The notes beneath the pieces were generated by a model. The model made no database searches, was not told the DNA's origin, and saw only the letters and a program-made list of their open reading frames with translations. Position numbers and translations under genes: made by a program. A stretch of DNA of 64,000 nt from Phoronis australis (taxonomy: Eukaryota; Animalia; Phoronida), in assembly GCA_002633005.1 (NCBI GenBank), contig NMRA01000503.1, positions 124,001 through 188,000 of the forward strand. The letters are read 5' to 3'. Shown one piece after another: positions 52,401 to 64,000 of this stretch. Each line of letters opens with the position of its first letter. Positions within the stretch are counted from its first letter, which is position 1.

Positions 52401-55400
52401 CTTTGTTTTGGTTATGCTTAGTTGACCCAGACTGACCCAGCCAGCACTGTCCTACTGTAGACTGGACCGTCATGTTGCGCCATCTATTTTTCTTTATTGT
52501 AGTTGATTGTATGCACTCTATTTGATTTCTTCGCTAGTCACATGAATGTTATCGTGTTTGCCAAACTACCACTTTAGATAGAGTTTTGAACGGGCTTTCA
52601 GAAGATATTTTCCATTTTCGCTACGACGTCTACTTTTTGAATTATTTTTCTTTATTGTAGTTGATTGTATGCTCTCTATTTGATTTCTTCGCTAGTCACA
52701 TGAATGTCATCGTGTTTGCGCTACGACGTCTACTTTTTGAATTATTCGAGATTTTCGGATACCGTTGTTCCTTCGGTCACCTATGCAAGCACGCAGCTGG
52801 CTGGTTTTCAGTTCACTTTGTTTTGGTTATGCCTAGTTGACCCAGACTGACCCAGCCATCACTGTTCTACTGTAGACTTGACCGTCATGTTGCGCCATCT
52901 ATTGTTCTTTATTGTAGTTGATTGTATGCTCTCCATTTGATTTCTTCGCTAGTCACATGAGTGTTATCGTGTTATTCATAATTGCCGTCTTGATTGTCAT
53001 GATTATCGTCGTCTCCCTCATCGTCGTCTTTTCGATTAATTCCGCCAAGTGTCGCTCCTCCGAGCGCTCTCGTTTTTTTCCTCATTGAATTTAGAAGTGA
53101 CGTCTGGGCTAGTGAAGTTCGTTATTTCTTCAGACGAAGGTCATTAAATTTCAGGTCAAGGTGTGGTTTTTTGTCACAAAGCAAGGGTTTGATGCTGCTT
53201 TAAAAGTAAACAAAAATATGGAAGTTTACACAATAGCACTCACCTTGAACAAATTAAGAGAAGGATCAAACACCTTGTCAATTGTTTCCTCTAAAAACTC
53301 CTTAAAAACGCCATCTTGATCAATGCCTGCTTCGTCCAAACCCTGCAGAAAAACACAACACTCACATAGAGAGTGCATAACATTTCTTTCTGTTTACAAA
53401 TTCTTCACAGTCTGAACACTTTTATGAAGAAACAACATTTTGTGAAATAACACAACCTTGACCCAATGGGCAACTCGCAATACACAAAATGGTGTTAGTA
53501 CATACAGGGCCATTTCTATCACCTGAAGTAACAGAGAACAGAAAACTGTGCCAAAGCAAGGGGAAGTTTGTGAGATAATGGTCCCAAGTGACCTCAATAT
53601 ACCAGCCTCGCCCAGTGGACTTGGTCTTCTTCATTAATTCACGAATAAGAGTCAGATGCACAGACTCCCAACAAATGGTTGTCTCCTCGAGTCTCAGTAG
53701 TAATTTACCAATAACACAAGTAAGTTTCCAGTTGCTTGACAATATTTACCTGTTCATTGATGAACTTAACCCGGATGAGACCTTTGAGGGCCTTCGCGGG
53801 CAACATACCTAGCTGACGATAACCATCCTGCAACCACAACCAATCAATAATCTTTAATCCATTGTGAACAAAGATGATATTCAGCAGAAATAATCCTTGA
53901 AATAAGCCTCTAAGGATATTGTGAACTACCTACAGTTCTTGGAACAGACAGAGCCTTTACAAACATCTGTTTAGTTTCAACTCCCTGACATAGCATTGCC
54001 ATTAGTCTTTTGAGCAGCACCACACACACTGATACAGAGGCTAATTATCTACCACCCTTAGAAGAGTTACTAATGAAGTCATTACTGATGTGGTAACTGC
54101 TCTGCTTTACACAAAAGGAACATGAGATCAATATTCATGATAAAGCTATGGGTTGGCACTGGTGGTTCTTGTACATATGTCTTGAGAAACTACAAGATAC
54201 TGAGAGATGGGTCGTGTTTCTAATGAAAGCACAGACAATGTTTTTCATGAAATGCATTGTTATTTATCTGGCCCATTAACAATGTCAACATCCAAACCAT
54301 TCGAGTTTCAAGGGTTTTACACGCAGGTCTGCTGATGGATCACACCATCACTTCTTTAACTCCGTATTCCAAAGGCATACTGAGACGGTCAGTAAACAGA
54401 TTGATTCTATTCTTCAGTTAAGAATGGTGAAAAAGTCTCTGGTATTGCGAAAGCTACAAATTAAAACTAGGGCATACACCAGAGTCCTTGAACATATTTA
54501 TAGTGAAACCTTTAAATATGCAACCACAACAAAAACGGGGGGGGGGGGGGTTNTTAGCAAGTCATTAGTAGCCAAGTGATAAATCTATTGCTATCTACTT
54601 GTAGCCAGTATCATGTAAACTGGGCTGTTGTATTATGCTATTATAAACCCTCTCGCCCCGATAGTAGTGGTTTTGTAATGACTTGCTTGACTAACAGAAC
54701 ATCACTGACTTGACAGTAGCACCACCTGTGTGTAATGAGATCGTCTAGTCAACGCACCTCCAGAAGCCTTGGCCTGTGTATTGTCACGAGTGTGGCTGGT
54801 GGATTGGATAACAGTGAAGGATTGTCAACAAGACCAAGGGCTTCTCTCTCCGTTGTGACATTTTTGCGAAATAACACAACACGCTAAAATAGACATGTAA
54901 ATGTTCTACATGTTACTTGAAAGACACAAATGATCTGGAATACAAGAATGAAATTTTGAAAACAAACGTGTTTGTCAAATGGAGATACATAATTTGGACA
55001 CGTGATAAACAGTAATTAAGCGTAAAAATATATCAAATACATACAAAAAGAACACAGGACAAAAATCTAACACATTGCAAGTCAAACAACCTTTAGTTTT
55101 GTAGCACTTGATTTTTAACTTAAAAGTTAATAAATAAATTTAATCAAAACTGAATCTCACATCTCTGTGTGGAATGATATGGGGCATCTTCTGTAACAAT
55201 AGCTTGGCCGACTTTCTGCCCTTTTCAAGTTCTTGGAGAAACACAACAGGCTTTGTGTCCCTGAAACCGCAGGGAAATAATGCACAACAGACACATTTCA
55301 TCAATATTGCTGTATCCCTATTAAGCATATGATGTATACTGTAGTTGAATACGAAATAGGCAGCCCGACAATGTACCATTTCACAAATAAGAAACAGCAT

Positions 55401-58400
55401 ATCTGACATTTTCAAAAAGTAGCATCCGACTTAACAAAACTAAGATTTACAGAACTTAGTTGCGAGACTTACACAAATAAGGACAATCCCACTTTTTGAA
55501 AATCTGTCCCGCATCCTGCAAGAATATATTGTGTATCTAGTAAATACTTCCTCCATAGTGTTGACACATGGTTGATCCTTTTATTTCCCACTATTTCCCT
55601 ATTATATTACCCATTCCATTTCACAGGCATGACTAAAAATGCCACAGACACTTTTCATGCTTGTCATCCTTGATCAACATCTGCCACTTTTTCATGTTGC
55701 AATATGCGCAACTATGATTTCATTTGCTATAATGGTTCAGATAATCGTAATCCACTTCATAAATGACTTTTACTTCATCTCTAAAATGGACAATTGCTTC
55801 AATCATAACAAATTACTATGTAACATACGTAATCAGCCAGTGTCCTTCAGGGCAGTAACTGCGACGACAATCTCTCTCGTACAGTACCATTAGCAGGTTA
55901 TGTAGTGAGGTAAACAGTACCTCTTTTTCGGCAGTTGCTGGGTCTGAAACATTACAACACAGCACTAAAATGAACTATTCACAATGCACATGGCTGTTTT
56001 TCATTAAAACTCAGGGCATCACATTGATTACTAGTGACTACACATGACAGTGATAATACCACGGTCTTCACCTTACAAACACTGCCAAGTTCTATCCTAA
56101 GAGATATTTGCCAGTAACAGATAATGCAAGAACCTATCTGGTTTAACAGTTGCATCTATTTTTGTGAGACAAAACAATGGTGACTACCTCACTTCACTGC
56201 CAGGTGTGCAGCAAGGTGGATTCCATTGAACACTAATTCTAGTATTTGATCAAACTGAACATTGAAGTACAGCAATAGGGCTTGAGGGAGTATAGAAGAC
56301 TGACAGCCATAGTTGCCTATTGTCTAAATGCAGCAGTTGATCTCAGGGAGAATCCTGGTTATGTCAGTGACTAGCAATAGAGAATACTGATAATGTTTGC
56401 ACAAAACTGTTTTTAAAGATTAGTTTTGAAATAGATTTGTTGTTTCTTTGCCAATGCTGTTATTCTATAACAGTTTTACGAGTATTGATTGTTTTACTTG
56501 CAGTCTCCCACTTAACGTATAATCGTAACAGCATTTATTTATTTTCAGTATCACAGTCAATCTTTGTCTCTGTCTAAAATTTCTAAAAAATTATTGTTAA
56601 GGCAATTCTTCACATATTTAGCACAGTCACAATACATTTTTGATAAAATTCTCATAATTTACAAAAAAGGTAATCAACCTTTAAAAAATACAAAAAGTGA
56701 CATCTAATTTGGCCATTATTTTTGTGGTAAGAGAAAAATCACCCTACAAAAAACACCACGCACTTATATCCAGACGTAGCCAGCTAACTACAGTACAAGC
56801 CAAAAGTATTCAGACAAAATGACCCAGATAACTCTGCCATAACATCTAGAGGAATTACCAGGAAAGTTAGTGAGGTGACTGAGCCATTCTGTAATTAGAA
56901 TTTTGGTGTCCTAATATTTACAACCGGTCATTTTTGCTGTTAACAGAATTAACCATCATGACAGGGAAAATGGTATTTTGTCTGATTACTTTGGTCTTCT
57001 ACTGTAGCTCTGTATGACAGAACATCAAAACATAGCACAACACAGATAGTGAATGATGTAGGCAATGCCCACTTTTTCAGTTTTTAGTCAAGTTTTGTTT
57101 TGCTCAATTTTTACCCACTCAAAGCTGTATATTGATATGACTTTACACCTAGGATAGATCAGACAAAGATCTCACAAAGGAGGTACAGGCAACACTTTAT
57201 ATTCCTCAAGTGCTGAAATGTGGTTGAGCCGTGGCGTGGAAACCCTGCTCCTATCTGAATTGATCCCTGGACAATAGTAAAATCTCACCAATTAAGGACA
57301 CAATATGACACACAAGGGAAATTTTATTTGTTTCATTTTTCATAAATGATATATAGTGCCAAAATGATGCTTTGCCATATTCAAATTCTGTACCATAGCT
57401 ATCAAGAAACAATATTTTGGAAAATTGTGACCATTTAGAACAATGCCCTTGAAAAAAGAGGAAAGCGCTATTGTGGCCAAAATTGGCAATTTATTTACCT
57501 AAACATCATTCAACAAAGAATGGACTCATCGGAGACAGCCCAAGAGTTGTTATCTCTGCGGCGAAGGATGTTAAAGTTGAGTCTCCGATGAGTTGCCAGC
57601 AGTCACTGGTACGGTGCGCGGCTTTAGACGCTCTGCGGCTGGGTTAAAGATCTTTTATAGGCCTAACTATCCCCAATTCCTGTACCAGGATGAATTTCAA
57701 AAATAACTTGACTTGGNNNNNNNNNNNNNNNNNNNNNNNNNNNNNNNNNNNNNNNNNNNAACACAGCACTAAAATGAACTATTCACAATGCACATGGCTG
57801 TTTTTCATTAAAACTCAGGGCATCACATTGATTACTAGTGACTACACATGACAGTGATAATACCACGGTCTTCACCTTACAAACACTGCCAAGTTCTATC
57901 CTAAGAGATATTTGCCAGTAACAGATAATGCAAGAACCTATCTGGTTTAACAGTTGCATCTATTTTTGTGAGACAAAACAATGGTGACTACCTCACTTCA
58001 CTGCCAGGTGTGCAGCAAGGTGGATTCCATTGAACACTAATTCTAGTATTTGATCAAACTGAACATTGAAGTACAGCAATAGGGCTTGAGGGAGTATAGA
58101 AGACTGACAGCCATAGTTGCCTATTGTCTAAATGCAGCAGTTGATCTCAGGGAGAATCCTGGTTATGTCAGTGACTAGCAATAGAGAATACTGATAATGT
58201 TTGCACAAAACTGTTTTTAAAGATTAGTTTTGAAATAGATTTGTTGTTTCTTTGCCAATGCTGTTATTCTATAACAGTTTTACAAGTATTGATTGTTTTA
58301 CTTGCAGTCTCCCACTTAACGTATAATCGTAACAGCATTTATTTATTTTCAGTATCACAGTCAATTTTTGTCTCTGTCTAAAATTTCTAAAAAATTATTG

Positions 58401-61400
58401 TTAAGGCAATTCTTCACATATTAAGCACAGTCACAATACATTTTTGATAAAATTCTCGTAATTTGCAAAAAAGGTAATCAACCTTTGAAAAATACAAAAA
58501 GTGACATCTAATTTGGCCATTATTTTTGTGGTGAGTGAAAAATCACCCTACAAAAAACACCAGGCATATATCCAGACGTAGCCAGCTAACTACAGTACAA
58601 GCAAAAAGTATTCAGACAAAATGACCCAGATAACTCTGCCATAACATCCAGGGGAATTACCAGGAAAGTTAGTGAGGTGGCTGAGCCATTCTGTAATTAG
58701 AATTTTGGTGTCCTAATATTTACAACCGGTCATTTTTGCTGTTAACACAATTAACCATCATGACAGGGAAAATGGTATTTTGTCTGATTACTTTTGTCTT
58801 CTACTCTAGCTGTGTATGACAGAACATCAAAACGTAGCACAACACTGATAGTGAATGATGTAGGCAATGCCCACTTTTTCAGTTTTTAGTCAAATTTTGT
58901 TTTCCTCAATTTTTATCCAAAGCTGTATATTGATATGACTTTACACCTAGGATAGATCAGACAAAGATCTCACAAAGGAGATACAGGTAACACTTTATAT
59001 TCCTCAAGTGCTGAAATGTGGTTGAGCCGTGGTGTGGAAATCCTGTTCCCATATGAATTGATCCCTGGACAATAGTAAAATCTCACCAATTAAGGACACA
59101 ATATGACACACAAGAGAAATTTTATTTGTCTCATTTTTCATAAATGACATATAGTGCCAAAATGATGCTTTGTCATATTCAAGTTCTGCACCATAGATAT
59201 CAACAAACAATATTTTGGAAAATTGTGACCATTCAGAACAATGTTAGAAGCCCTTGAAAAAAGAGGAAAGCGCTATTGTGGCCAAAATTGGCAAGATTTT
59301 ACTGTATACAAATCAGCAGTATAATTAGTGTCAAAATACATGTTCGATGAGAGAAGCGAATTTCAAGAAATGGAAAGTTATTAGATTCATACACTAGAAA
59401 AATTGCTGCGATAAGTTTGGACTTACTGATGAGTCCGTTCCAGACGGCCTTGAACAGGAAGTGGTTGATGAAGCATGATGTAGTCACAAGCTGTTGTAGA
59501 TTGAGGGGCTGTTGCTGGTCGTAGAGCTCAATGTCATCTAGGATGCTACACAACAGACGAATCAGATGCAGGTTAGAGAAAAACAAAAAAGGGGTGCGTG
59601 CCGTAAGGCAAGACACTCATTGCAAGGAAGTTTTACTTATTGAATGAAAACCTGAATTTTCTCCTGTAGCTCAACGTTCATGCCTCGTCCACCAATAATT
59701 TTAATGGCAGCCATTTTGCTAATCTACAAGTAAGATCTCAAGTGGATTTATGAAACACTCACTTTCACTTTGCACAATCTTGCTTTTTTCACAAGAAACT
59801 TGCTTTATGGAGCGCACCTCTGGCTGCCACATCAAAAAATGCTACAGTAATGTTACATGACCACATAGAGGAGTATGCACATTACTCCAGATATAGGCAC
59901 AGCTTCAAACATATGACCTGTATATACACAAAACATACCGAGAGTGGCGTACATGAAGTAATATCCCACGAGACATTATTCCACGCATCAAACGAGACTG
60001 AAACGTTTTGTATTTATCCCATGCACTTCGAATACCTAAGTTTCTTACATTTTTCGGCAGATTTTTCAAATACTTCGCCCAGACTGTTCACGTGGCGGAT
60101 CAAATCGTATATGTATGTACTTACGCGTTATGTTGCAAGTTTTCTCTTGAAAAAGAAACAGTTTTAAATGTGACGATTTATTACTTGAAAAGATATAACA
60201 CAGATGAAAACAACGCCAACTGTGCAGTGAACTTGTAACATCTCCTGGAAATAGTTAAAAAAACAACAATTTTTGATATTTTAATTTCCTAGGAATCGGC
60301 GCCTGAGTTGCAGACGATATACTATTCAGCAATTGAAAACTGAGAAAAAGTGTCTTATAATTAACAGTTTTGTTCCAGATTTTACGTTTAGGGCCTGGTT
60401 ACATGTGGAGTGTTAGTTACGCTGTTGCAACTGTATTACTTTAAACTATATTCGGAAAGTTTGATGATCAAACCAGCTGAAGACGACGAGTAGACATTGA
60501 CCTACCTTTTGAACTTTCCATGTCAGAGGATGCTGTTGAAGTAGTGCAAGAGGTGAATACGGAAAACTTTATTAGATATTTCCCTCAACAGATTCAACGC
60601 GCGTGGGATAAACATGCATATACCATATATTTTGTACTTGGCTCATCGTCTCCACTAGAATTTGACCTAAGATTAATGGAAATTGTTTTGTGCTTTCAAA
60701 TGCTTAAGAGTTGAATGCTGGATGCTTGTTCTTCACGAGTCACTTGCTAATAATACTTACATGAGTAAATGGCTGGCTGTTTCACAGAACAGAATCAAGA
60801 GTTGGAATATAGGATGCAATTCGTGAAGCGGGTTGGAAGAAATGGTCTCCAAAAATGTCTTCAGTCCAAAGTTGGGTCCCAGGTCATTCACAAGCACCCA
60901 CAAGCAGGGTAGAAGAACAGCATTGTAACTCAAACCTACAACCAAAACTTCAACAGCTCAGCAAACAATACGGTGGACTAAGTGGAAGTTTATTATGTCA
61001 AGCTTCCCAATAAAACTAAGGGAAAACGTTTTGTAAAAATTTGATAATCAGTAACAAGAACGTTAACTTTGGCTTTGAATACGTTTCACAAACAACTAGT
61101 CAGTAATTTGACTAAATACTTCCAATTGGATTGGGGAAGTGACTATCGTCTGGTTGCAAAGCAGTTAATTACAAACATCATACCAGCGAGAATGTCCATT
61201 TTAAGCTGTGACATCGTCATCAACGCCGTCTGATAGAGTTGGCAGGCTGCACACGTGTTGACAACAATTGTGCTGTCCATAGGAAGTTTACTGCTCGAAC
61301 TCTTGGATGTTATCTTCTTCCAAAAACCTTTAAAATCGATTGATAATTTGAAAATGCTTGTAACGGTATTGGAAGGGAGAATCCCTCTCTAAACAGACAT

Positions 61401-63566
61401 CTTGGCAAAAGAATTAAGCAATCTGATTCTCAAACAATGTTACTTTTGTTGATAAGGAGGAATTCTCATTGAAATTTGTCCACATTTTTTAATAGATATA
61501 CTCACTTTAGTGTCCAAGTCATCGTGCAGTGACAAGTATTAACATTCAATTAACTTGGTATTTATTTAAAAAAAACACAAAATGTTGCCAACTTTTCAAG
61601 TACAGCTGATGTAGGTCAAAGGTCGCATTTTATTCATGATAAACATTCTTCAGTTTTGAACACAATATTTGGCAAGTAGAATTTTATATTTGTCAAACTT
61701 GTTGATAAAACTAACTTTAACACAAGGAAGTTTTACTTTGTTTTTAACATTAATTATCTGAAGCTGTCAATCAACATTCTGTAAGATTCATATTTCATAA
61801 AATTTTGAACACTTACCACAAAGCAGTAGGCTAAAAATAACAAAATGGCTTTGAAAAATAACAAAATGACTACCTATTTGTCTTCTAAATGTAAGAATTT
61901 TTACTTTACATTTTATGTAGGCAATGAAGGTAAAAGGACAAGTACTATTTGTTTGCGTACGATCATTCAATACTTCCGCAATAGTAATCACATTTGGAGA
62001 ATACAACTGTGGCAAAAATCAAATATCAGTTATACCTTTTTTCCTTGGCTCATTGGCTGCCTTTTCGTTGGTTGTCTTCTGTGCTTGAGTATATGTAAGT
62101 AAGTCACTGAACATGTAACTGATAAGGTTATTGCACCAGAGTAGTTGTAACTGGGTCATCACAGAAGGCATGGCGTCATACAGGCTGAAATACATTGTTT
62201 TGAAAATGTAGTTAAGGTTTCGTTAGTTCAAACATGTTTTGTTAATAAATCAGACAAGATGGGTAACGGGCAATGTTTAGTTTGTTGCGGTTTAATGAAA
62301 TAAAGCCTTGTGACCTGTGAGCAACTGTCTGGATCACATTTTGATTGTCAGATGGAGCAATGAACTCGGTTATGGTGGGACAACGGGAGTGGAAACCATG
62401 TGTTAGGTGTCTGTGTAAATAGGGAGTGATTCATGATGATCAGTCGTGTTTGAGCTGTACTTGTGTACTGAGTTGGAATAAATGAATTGACTGTGGTCCT
62501 GTCATATTCTTTCTCTCTATCCACAACCCATGACATAATACACGTCACATTTTCAAAAAAAAAATTTGAATGAAGACCTATTACCAAAGTTTGCTTAGTT
62601 TTAAAAAGCATGTAGCTACATATCTGAAGAATCATGTGCTATACAATTCGCGAAAGAACGTAAGTACAGGAGGCCTAACAAACCCATAAAGAATTTAATT
62701 AATCACGCATCACTACATAATTTTTTCCAATTTTAGACTGAAACTTAAGCCTATGGATAATCTTTCCACTTCTACTTAACCATACAAGACAGTTTGCATT
62801 GATTGTTAGAGTTAAGATTTTTATATAACATTATGGGTTTTGCTATTTTGGGTAAATAAGTTTTGGGAGAAATCAACAAAGAAGGCTTAAGTGTGATTTT
62901 AACTTTTACCAGAGGATATTTAAGATCTTTAAGAACACATTCCTGCAAACATGGACTTGCTGGTAACAACCCGTTCTGTGTGCATGTAGTATAATTTTCC
63001 CACAACACTGTGTAAGAGCAGAATCAACTTGTGCGGCAGAGCGGTGCAACCATCCCAGTAGTTGTTAACTCGTCAGAAAAATGAGACAAGACTATTGGGC
63101 AAAAGAGTGAAATGTCCCCAAAGGACATCCTGATAACAACCTAGTATTCAATTTATACCGAAAAGTGAGCGTATAACGCCAAGCTGATGGTAGGGACTGC
63201 GGAAAAATGTCAGGTAAATTTCACACGTTAATGAATAGGGTTACAGTTAGGATTTGGTCTGGATAAAAGACACGTACAGGGGTCCCACATTTTGAGAACC
63301 AGTTGTCTCCACAGAATAACGTGTGTTTAAACTGGTTCTCAAAATCCAGGTCCCCGGTTAGTAACTATTGCTAGGTATGTACAAACTTAAGGTATATTGT
63401 GTATGAACCTCCAATGTGTTAGATTACAAATAAGATTAGAAGGCAATGTTCACCTCTGATCAGATTTCTGTGACAACCAGCCAAGAACAGGATGCCAGTG
63501 TGTAGCTTTGTTCTCCTTGTTCTTCAAACATTTATCACAGTTCTCCAGAAGTGTAGTCAATACAAA
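46274..63566 (-). CDS. UBE3B: Ubiquitin-protein ligase E3B (HECT), 3' 17 coding exons; N-terminus lies beyond the right edge
   Basis: Exons total 2169 nt in frame (722 aa plus stop), GT-AG. Motifs: [87 protein letters not shown] and terminal NTGFELS. The insertion [14 protein letters not shown] is characteristic of UBE3B rather than UBE3C. Confidence 0.96.
47070..47162 (-). CDS. UBE3B: UBE3B exon ([31 protein letters not shown])
   Basis: 93 nt, AG/GT flanks. Confidence 0.95.
47539..47650 (-). CDS. UBE3B: UBE3B exon ([20 protein letters not shown]...FLK)
   Basis: 112 nt, AG/GT flanks. Confidence 0.95.
48107..48289 (-). CDS. UBE3B: UBE3B exon (ISYVHHMA...[19 protein letters not shown])
   Basis: 183 nt, AG/GT flanks. 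Confidence 0.95.
49717..49841 (-). CDS. UBE3B: UBE3B exon ([13 protein letters not shown]...[16 protein letters not shown])
   Basis: 125 nt, AG/GT flanks. Confidence 0.95.
50214..50351 (-). CDS. UBE3B: UBE3B exon ([13 protein letters not shown]...LYKSLTYVK)
   Basis: 138 nt, AG/GT flanks. Confidence 0.95.
51109..51216 (-). CDS. UBE3B: UBE3B exon ([13 protein letters not shown]...[14 protein letters not shown])
   Basis: 108 nt, AG/GT flanks. Confidence 0.95.
51431..53072 (+). mobile_element. Helentron-associated / DINE-1-like non-autonomous element with internal tandem duplications
   Basis: 13-bp subterminal inverted repeat ACTTGGCGGAATT (51434) / AATTCCGCCAAGT (53038). An adjacent 5' partner repeat forms the hairpin CTTGGCGGAA-TTC-TTCCGCCAAG. 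A 3' stem-loop CGCTC-CTCC-GAGCG is followed by a T run. Internal repeated blocks at about 52240-52970; CpG-rich relative to flanks. Confidence 0.7.
53244..53342 (-). CDS. UBE3B: UBE3B exon ([19 protein letters not shown]...LNLFK)
   Basis: 99 nt, AG/GT flanks. Confidence 0.95.
53750..53827 (-). CDS. UBE3B: UBE3B exon ([26 protein letters not shown])
   Basis: 78 nt, AG/GT flanks. Confidence 0.95.
54758..54883 (-). CDS. UBE3B: UBE3B exon (RVVLFRKNV...[10 protein letters not shown])
   Basis: 126 nt, AG/GT flanks. Confidence 0.94.
55161..55260 (-). CDS. UBE3B: UBE3B exon ([11 protein letters not shown]...MPHIIPHRD)
   Basis: 100 nt, AG/GT flanks. Confidence 0.94.
55829..55943 (-). CDS. UBE3B: UBE3B exon (…[22 protein letters not shown])
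   Basis: 115 nt, AG/GT flanks. Confidence 0.94.
55956..59294 (+). repeat. ~1.53-kb direct duplication in a UBE3B intron (55956-57489 and 57760-59294) across an N gap
   Basis: AACACAGCACTAAAATGAACTATTC... occurs twice; the second copy starts immediately after the N run at 57717-57759; scattered SNPs and small indels. Confidence 0.93.
57717..57759. other. Assembly gap (N run); single Ns also at 35209, 45189 and 54553
   Basis: Read directly from the sequence. Confidence 0.98.
59427..59545 (-). CDS. UBE3B: UBE3B exon ([13 protein letters not shown]...FKAVWNGLI)
   Basis: 119 nt, AG/GT flanks. Confidence 0.94.
59591..59820. mobile_element. MITE-like element
   Basis: Imperfect 22-bp TIRs GGGGTGCGTGCCGTAAGGCAAG / CTTGCTTTATGGAGCGCACCTC. 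Confidence 0.55.
60761..60935 (-). CDS. UBE3B: UBE3B exon ([13 protein letters not shown]...[10 protein letters not shown])
   Basis: 175 nt, AG/GT flanks. Confidence 0.93.
61184..61327 (-). CDS. UBE3B: UBE3B exon (…[20 protein letters not shown])
   Basis: 144 nt, AG/GT flanks. Confidence 0.88.
62036..62184 (-). CDS. UBE3B: UBE3B exon ([16 protein letters not shown]…)
   Basis: 149 nt, AG/GT flanks. Confidence 0.9.
63275..63372. repeat. Short palindromic MITE family A, copy 4
   Basis: TACAGGGGTCCCACATTTTGAGAACCAGTT ... AACTGGTTCTCAAAATCCAGGTCCCC. Confidence 0.7.
63454..63566 (-). CDS. UBE3B: UBE3B exon ([10 protein letters not shown]...[16 protein letters not shown])
   Basis: 113 nt, AG/GT flanks; HWHPVLGW motif. 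Confidence 0.93.
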
Positions 63567-64000
63567 CTGGAACATCAAGTCACCAACAGTCATCATCACT
63601 TACACCATATGCTACACAACTCTTTACTTACACTCAGCATATTTTAGGGGCATTTAGATATTCTAAAATACAGGTTCAAATAACAACACCAATACCAACA
63701 CAAACCAACTCAACCTATTGTGTGGCAAGACAGTAGAATGTAGCGGCGTTAACACTAACAAATGATTTAAATTCCCAAGTCTCCAAACAAAAAACCGCTA
63801 GTAAAAATAAACAAGCTTGTGGTTCGAGTTATTGAAATCCAAACCATTATTGATCATTCAGAGACAGTGATTGGGGAATGGCATCACCTGTAAGGTAGTT
63901 TCCTCAAATTTGAGCAAAAATAATGGCCAAAACTGTCAAACGCTCACTGTACTGCCAAAAATGTTAAAAATTTCATTGTGTGTTTACTGATGACAGATGT

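Noticed and set aside
52236-52975. Repeat-spacer (CRISPR-like) array
   Set aside because: The repeats are 70-250 bp nested duplications without unique spacers, in a eukaryotic intron with no cas genes.
55956-59294. Genuine tandem segmental duplication
   Set aside because: The second copy begins exactly at an assembly gap, contains no exon and differs at allele-like levels; more likely an artefact.
59426-59460. CTGATGA-GTC...GAC resembling a hammerhead ribozyme core
   Set aside because: No GAAA after stem II, and the sequence is explained as the antisense of a UBE3B exon end.
1036-63008. Most 60-140 aa ORFs of the six-frame track as independent genes
   Set aside because: They lack recognisable domains, have AT-rich intron-like composition, or are shadows and extensions of the exons and LINE described above.

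Overview
Eukaryotic (animal, intron-rich, AT-rich) genomic DNA, most likely a protostome invertebrate judging from the fly-like CUT1 and homeodomain residues. It holds two convergent multi-exon genes, both lacking their 5' exons in this window. (1) On the + strand is a Cut/CUX-CASP dual-product locus. Ten shared coiled-coil exons (4953-22052) splice either to five CUX exons (three CUT repeats plus a homeodomain, stop 29938) or, skipping 12.8 kb, to nine CASP golgin exons (C-terminal transmembrane segment, stop 44639). (2) On the - strand are the last 17 coding exons of the HECT E3 ligase UBE3B (63566-46274). All exon boundaries were derived by hand (GT-AG, phases consistent). Introns contain a decayed 5'-truncated LINE, an internally deleted Kolobok-like transposon with a THAP relic, a Helentron/DINE-like element, several MITE families and a tRNA-like sequence. 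Two duplications beside N gaps are probably haplotype assembly artefacts. No prokaryotic-type or wholly new gene system is evident. The most novel-looking signals are clustered ATCAAT-NN-ATTGAT palindromes in CUX introns (candidate autoregulation), a (TG)11 tract at the CUX/CASP decision donor, crossing poly(A) signals of CASP and UBE3B, and short repressor-like motifs in CUX.
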